From Nitrospirota bacterium (GTDB lineage Bacteria > Nitrospirota > Nitrospiria > 2-01-FULL-66-17): a DNA stretch of 64,000 bases. Location: NCBI GenBank assembly GCA_049325335.1, contig JBMOMC010000040.1, positions 1-64,000 on the forward strand, read 5' to 3'. Position 1 is the first letter of the stretch, and every line of letters starts with the position of its first letter. The translations under genes were made by a program, and so were the position numbers. Below, piece after piece: positions 59,177 through 64,000 of the stretch. The notes below the pieces were generated by a model that worked only from the letters and a program-made list of their open reading frames with translations, was not told the DNA's origin and did no database searches.

Positions 59177-59833
59177 TTAGGGCCCGACGTTTTTCGTCGT
59201 CGTTGAGTTGCGGGCCAGCGCGTCGATATTGAACCGGAGAACTTCCACGAGGCGTTTGGCTTGTTGGAGCGAAGAGGAGGCTTCCAGGAAGAGCTGTTTT
59301 TCAACCGGGGTGAAGGGGAGTTCGGAACAACAGATATTGAGGAAGGCGGGTTCGTGTACGACGCGTTTCAAGAACACCTCGATCTGCGAGGACCGGCCGA
59401 TCAGTCTCCCGAATTCTCTGACCAGCCCGTGTAAATCGCACTTGAGGTCCACGGGCAGCGGGCTTGGGGTGTCGCCGTCGTGGAACGGCTCGACCCACGC
59501 CTGGCGATACGGCGCGTCGCAAAACTGATCGCGCACGGTGAAGCGGGTCAGACCGAACAAGGTTATGTTAAAACGCCCGCCGTCCATTTGTTGCACCGCG
59601 GTGATGCGGCCCGCGCACCCGATCGGGAGAATCGGCGCGCTGTTTTCGTAGTAGAGTTCTTCCCAGCCGTCCTGCAGCAGGATCATGCCGATGATGCGAT
59701 CCCCGTCCAGCGCGTCGCGCACCATGGCGCGATAGCGCGGTTCGAAGATGTGCAGAGGCAGACAGGTGTGAGGAAAAAACACGAGGTCGGGAAGCGGAAA
59801 CAGCGGAATGACTTTGGGTAGCGCCAGGACCAT
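59177..59833 (-). CDS. LON peptidase substrate-binding domain protein
   Basis: IPLFPL, LPLHIFEPRYRAMV. Confidence 0.88.
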   Translation of the reverse strand: MVLALPKVIPLFPLPDLVFFPHTCLPLHIFEPRYRAMVRDALDGDRIIGMILLQDGWEELYYENSAPILPIGCAGRITAVQQMDGGRFNITLFGLTRFTVRDQFCDAPYRQAWVEPFHDGDTPSPLPVDLKCDLHGLVREFGRLIGRSSQIEVFLKRVVHEPAFLNICCSELPFTPVEKQLFLEASSSLQQAKRLVEVLRFNIDALARNSTTTKNVGP

Positions 59834-59994
59834 TGCGTCGTCCGAACAACTACGGTTGGTGGGTACTCTACAAATCACGTCTGAACAATGTCAAGACAAC
59901 GCCGAGCGGTCCCGCGCTGACTTCCCTCCGCGCCGGGCTGTTGACCGGCGCGGAGGGCCTGGAGTATAAGGGAGGTACTACCGCGGAGGACCTC

Positions 59995-60354
59995 ATGCGT
60001 ACGCTGCGAGGGCTGGGGATCGCATTCGTGTTGTCGTCTGGGTTGTTGACGGTTGCGTCCAGCCTCGCCGCGGAATCCGGCGTGCACCAAGTCACCATCG
60101 AACGCGAGAGTTTCCTGTTTGCGCCGCAAGCCTTGTCCATCCGTGTCGGCGATCGGGTCCGTTGGACCAACCACGACGGGCAGATGCACATGGTCGTGAC
60201 CGCCAAACCCGATTCCGACGGTCGCGAGTTGGAGCTGTACCACCGACTCGATCCCGACGCCACGTTCGAGTACCAGTTCAACACCGCGGCGGCCTACCAC
60301 TATTACTGCGCCATTCACTTCCAGATGTGGGGCATCATTTCGGTGAATCCGTAG
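59995..60354 (+). CDS. Periplasmic cupredoxin
   Basis: GGAGG RBS, signal peptide, VGDRVRWTNHD..H, YYCAIHFQM. Confidence 0.85.
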   Translation: MRTLRGLGIAFVLSSGLLTVASSLAAESGVHQVTIERESFLFAPQALSIRVGDRVRWTNHDGQMHMVVTAKPDSDGRELELYHRLDPDATFEYQFNTAAAYHYYCAIHFQMWGIISVNP

Positions 60355-60363
60355 CCCGGGAAT

Positions 60364-63045
60364 TTGGCCACGCTTTGCCGGGTTCTCGTTGTCGTTTTGA
60401 TCGGTTTTGGCGTCGCGGCCTGCGCGCCGCGATCCGCGTGGGTGGATCCTGCCCCGTGGGTGCCGGAAGGTCTCCGGGTGGCGATTGATGAGGGGGTCGC
60501 GGCCATGTATCGACGCGACCATCATGAGGCGGTGCGCCGGTTCACCGCGTTGCTGGACATCGAACCGAATCATCCGACGGTGCGCCGCCGATTGGGCGAC
60601 GCGTATTTTCAGATGGCGCGATACGACGACGCGGTTCGCGAATATGCGGCTGCGTTGACGGGGGCTCCCGAGGATTCCGGCGCGCGGTCGGGCTGGTGGG
60701 CGGCGCGCATGCAGCACGCCGGGTTCAGTGCTCCTATTCGAGCCGAGGTGCGGGCGGAGATCGACGCGTGGGTCGCCGCCGCGCCGCGAGCGTATCGGGC
60801 TTCGCGTTGGATGGCGGCGTACGGCGGGTATGAGGCGTTGCGGGACGACGCAACGGCCAAGCGGGTGTTGTTGCGATTGTTGGCTGATCCGCCGCGGGGA
60901 GAAGCCGGCGAAGGCCTTGACGCGGAGGTGTTCGAAACCGCGGCGGCCGAGAACGACCCCCCGTCGCGGCGACGGCTGGTCGACGGGTTTCTCCGCGCAT
61001 TTCCCGACTCCCACTATCGGCACCTCATGTACCAGTTCTATGTCGCGTGGTTAGCCCGCACCAGGCCTCAGGAGGAATTTCGGCGTGAGGTGCGGCGGCT
61101 GCTCCGCGGTGATCCCGAGAATCGAGCGCTCAACGCGGCGGCGGGGTATTGGTCGATTGATCTGGGCGTGGATCTCGCGTGGGCGGTTGAGCGGGGCTCC
61201 CGCGCGTTGACCGCGCTCGATCACCCGGATGTCCGCGACAAATTGCCGCACGTGACCATGACCAAGTGGCGCCGCACCTTGGACGAGGCGCGCGGCCGTT
61301 ATGAAGACACCGTGGGATGGGGGTTGTTTCGGTTGAATCGGATGCCGGAGGCGGGTGAGGCGTTCGAGCGGGCCGCGCGCTGGTTGCCGCGGGACCACCG
61401 GTTGGCGTACCACCGCGGCCGTTGGTTGGAAGCGCACGGGCGGGATTCCGAGGCGTTGGCGGCATACGTCACGGCGATGGAAACCGGAACGCTGGTTGCC
61501 GATGCCGCGGCGGCATTTGCGCGCGTGGCCGTCAAACTTGGCGTGATCACGGAGGACGACGCCCAACCGTGGCGTCGGTTCGCCCGCGACGCGGGCGTGA
61601 CCACGTATACGGATATCACCGCGGAGGCCGGATTCTCGGGCGTGATCGGCGGTCGCGTGGCGTGGGGCGACTATGACGGGGACACGGCCGAGGATCTGAT
61701 GGTGGATGGTCGGTGGTTGTTTCATAACGACGGACACGGCCGGTTTACCCAGGTGACGGACCAGGCGGGGTTCTCCTTGAACGCGGGCGGGAACGGCGCG
61801 TTGTGGGCGGACGTGGACAACGACGGACGGCTGGATCTGTTTACCATGGGCGCCGGTCACGCGGGCGTGGAGGGCGCGGCCGGACGCGTGTGGATGAACC
61901 GCGGCGACGGGAGCTTTCGTGTTGCGGATGCGATGCTGCCGACGGATCTCTCGCAGGGTGCGCCGACCGAGGGCGCGGGCTGGGGCGATTTTGACCGCGA
62001 CGGGTTCGTGGATCTGTACCTGGCGAACTACGAGACGCCGCGCGATCGCGCGGTGAGCCTCGGGATCTGCGCACCGCATCGCCTGCTGCGCAACGCGCGC
62101 GGCGAGCGTTTCGAGGACGTGAGCGCGGCCGCGGGGATCGTGAGCGCGGAGCCCATGTGCGGACGCGGCGTGGCCTGGGGCGACTACGACAACAACGGCT
62201 GGCCCGATATCCTGGTGGCCAATTACCGTCTCGATCCCAACTTTCTGTGGCGCAATCGCGGGGACGGCACGTTCGAGAACATGGCGCGGCCTGCGGGCGT
62301 GGAGGGACAGGAGCAGGAAGGCGCGTTCGGGCACTCCATCGGCGCGGAGTGGGCCGACTTCGATCGAGACGGCGACCTCGACGCATTCATCGCGAACTTG
62401 GCGCATCCGCGGTACATCGGCTATTCCGACGTGAGCCAATTGCTGGTGAACACCGGCGGCGCGCCCCCGCGGTTCGAGGATCGGTACGACGACGCGGGGC
62501 TGGTCTTTGACGAGACCGCGAGCGATCCCTCCTGGGGCGATTACGACAACGACGGCGATCTGGACCTGTTCGTCACCGCGATCTACAAGGGACGTCGGAG
62601 CACGTTGTATCGCAACGACGGGACCGGGCGTTTCACGGACGTGACCTGGCTCGCGGGCGCCGGGGTCGAGAACGGGTGGGGCGCGGCGTACGCGGATATC
62701 GACGCGGACGGCGATCTGGATCTGGTGGTCGCCAGCGGGGACGGAATCCGCCTGTTGCGCAACGACGGCAACGCCAACCACTGGCTGCACGTGCGCGTGG
62801 TCGGGACCTCGAGTAACCGATCGGGCATCGGCGCGCGGGTCACGGTCACGGCGGGGTCGCTGACGCAGATGTCCGAGGTCCAGGGCGGTAAGGGAACCGG
62901 CAACCAACACTCGTTGCCGGTGGAATTCGGTTTCGGGACCTGGGATCAGCCGGTAAAGATCGAGGCGCGATTCCCGTCCGGCCGAGTGTGGCGCGGCGAG
63001 GCGAAACCGGATCAACTACTGACGGTCACGGAGCCATCGCGATGA
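60364..63045 (+). CDS. TPR plus FG-GAP/ASPIC-UnbV (CRTAC1-like) lipoprotein
   Basis: Lipobox VAAC, TPR helices, repeated WGDYDNDGDLDL motifs, SNRSGIGARV. Confidence 0.85.
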   Translation: MATLCRVLVVVLIGFGVAACAPRSAWVDPAPWVPEGLRVAIDEGVAAMYRRDHHEAVRRFTALLDIEPNHPTVRRRLGDAYFQMARYDDAVREYAAALTGAPEDSGARSGWWAARMQHAGFSAPIRAEVRAEIDAWVAAAPRAYRASRWMAAYGGYEALRDDATAKRVLLRLLADPPRGEAGEGLDAEVFETAAAENDPPSRRRLVDGFLRAFPDSHYRHLMYQFYVAWLARTRPQEEFRREVRRLLRGDPENRALNAAAGYWSIDLGVDLAWAVERGSRALTALDHPDVRDKLPHVTMTKWRRTLDEARGRYEDTVGWGLFRLNRMPEAGEAFERAARWLPRDHRLAYHRGRWLEAHGRDSEALAAYVTAMETGTLVADAAAAFARVAVKLGVITEDDAQPWRRFARDAGVTTYTDITAEAGFSGVIGGRVAWGDYDGDTAEDLMVDGRWLFHNDGHGRFTQVTDQAGFSLNAGGNGALWADVDNDGRLDLFTMGAGHAGVEGAAGRVWMNRGDGSFRVADAMLPTDLSQGAPTEGAGWGDFDRDGFVDLYLANYETPRDRAVSLGICAPHRLLRNARGERFEDVSAAAGIVSAEPMCGRGVAWGDYDNNGWPDILVANYRLDPNFLWRNRGDGTFENMARPAGVEGQEQEGAFGHSIGAEWADFDRDGDLDAFIANLAHPRYIGYSDVSQLLVNTGGAPPRFEDRYDDAGLVFDETASDPSWGDYDNDGDLDLFVTAIYKGRRSTLYRNDGTGRFTDVTWLAGAGVENGWGAAYADIDADGDLDLVVASGDGIRLLRNDGNANHWLHVRVVGTSSNRSGIGARVTVTAGSLTQMSEVQGGKGTGNQHSLPVEFGFGTWDQPVKIEARFPSGRVWRGEAKPDQLLTVTEPSR

Positions 63046-63428
63046 AAGTACGCAAGCTCTTACACACTCGAATGCGGGTTGATGACATCGAGCGAACCGT
63101 GGCGTTTTACCGCGACGTACTGGGGCTGGAGGTGGTGGAACGCCACGCATCCCCGCGCGGGTCGACACTCGCGTTTCTCAAAGCCGCGGGCAGCGAAGAA
63201 TTGATCGAGATCTGTTCGTTTCCCGCGAGCGGGCCGGTGGAGGTGCAACCCGATCTTGTCCACCTCGCGTTCGAAGTGGACGACCTGGACGCGACCCTCG
63301 CCGATCTTGCGCAACAGGACGTTGCCGTCACGGACGGGCCGACCACGTCGTCGTCCGGCACGCGGTTTGCGTTTATCGACGCGCCCGAACGGTACGAAGT
63401 GGAACTGATCGAGCGCCAACGCCGCTGA
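63042..63428 (+). CDS. VOC family protein (lactoylglutathione lyase-like)
   Basis: LLHTRMRVDD, FYRDVLG, HLAFEVDD, FIDAPERYEVELI. Confidence 0.88.
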   Translation: MKVRKLLHTRMRVDDIERTVAFYRDVLGLEVVERHASPRGSTLAFLKAAGSEELIEICSFPASGPVEVQPDLVHLAFEVDDLDATLADLAQQDVAVTDGPTTSSSGTRFAFIDAPERYEVELIERQRR

Positions 63429-63493
63429 CCACGACCGGGGCGTCCGCCACGGCGCCGTCAGCCCGCGGTCATCACCTGGTCTTGACCAATGGC

Positions 63494-64000
63494 TTAATAG
63501 AGCTGCACGCGAATGCCTGATGGCAGCCTGATGCCGGGTTGGGGAGTCAACTGCTCCACGCCGAAGAGCCATCGTCGGTGGGGCGGCATGAGGTACAACC
63601 GGACCGTCTCCCTCCACGAGCCGTGGTCGGGTCGGACGCCGGACGGACCGTCGAGGATCTCTTGCCACGCCGTCCGCCAACACGACGGGCGGATGTGAAT
63701 GGGATCGAACCCATACCATGCCGGATTGAGCCGGCGGAGCGCGACCCCGTGGGTGCCCGCAAGCGCGGTCAGCCCGGCGTTGACGCGTTCGGCCGAGTCC
63801 ACCACTTCCGTGAGCGAGAGCCGACAGGACGGAAAGAGCATGGATCGCAGCGCCAAAAACTTCACGCGGGACAAGCGGCGGACACTCTCGATCGGAAGAT
63901 CGGTCAACACAATGTCCCCGGTCACGCGCTGCAGACGTTCCACCGCCTCGCGCACCCAGTCCAGGGTCTGGTCCGCGGAATACCCGTATAAGATGTCGTT
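63494..64000 (-). CDS. SGNH/GDSL-like hydrolase, 3' part only (runs off the window)
   Basis: NDILYG at the window edge and WYGFDPIH (DxxH) near the C-terminus. Confidence 0.55.
   Translation of the reverse strand, partial: NDILYGYSADQTLDWVREAVERLQRVTGDIVLTDLPIESVRRLSRVKFLALRSMLFPSCRLSLTEVVDSAERVNAGLTALAGTHGVALRRLNPAWYGFDPIHIRPSCWRTAWQEILDGPSGVRPDHGSWRETVRLYLMPPHRRWLFGVEQLTPQPGIRLPSGIRVQLY

Overview
GC-rich bacterial chromosomal segment. The gene set (lptCAB-rpoN-hpf-rapZ, NorQ/NorD-type pair, ppdK, Cam-type carbonic anhydrase) suggests a Nitrospirota or similar chemolithoautotroph; this is inference only. Most of the window is housekeeping, envelope and regulatory genes: purU, lpt/rpoN operon, ubiX, glyQ/glyS, ppdK, htpX, tRNA-Gly(GCC), pfkA, bcp and glycosyltransferases. 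The main accessory element is a chromosomal integron right after ppdK (about 27850-35600). Its intI carries an extra N-terminal domain, points the same way as the cassettes (inverted layout), and is inactivated by two frameshifts and a deletion of the HxLRH catalytic box. It is followed by an AT-rich attI region and about 12 cassettes separated by 11 heterogeneous attC sites. The array includes an in-frame cassette fusion and an ORF-less, highly structured stretch holding an inverted loop-less attC copy. Other points of interest: a NorQ/NorD-type AAA+/VWA pair with no visible client enzyme, flanking a sigma54-driven Cys-paired secreted protein; a putative hypoxia cluster (globin-coupled GGDEF-EAL, Crp/Fnr, Rv2004c-like kinase, PRTase, Pfk, CBS); a degenerate HflX; a type II toxin-antitoxin pair; and MITE and REP repeat families. 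No CRISPR array or rRNA was seen. All calls come from reading motifs by eye, without database searches.
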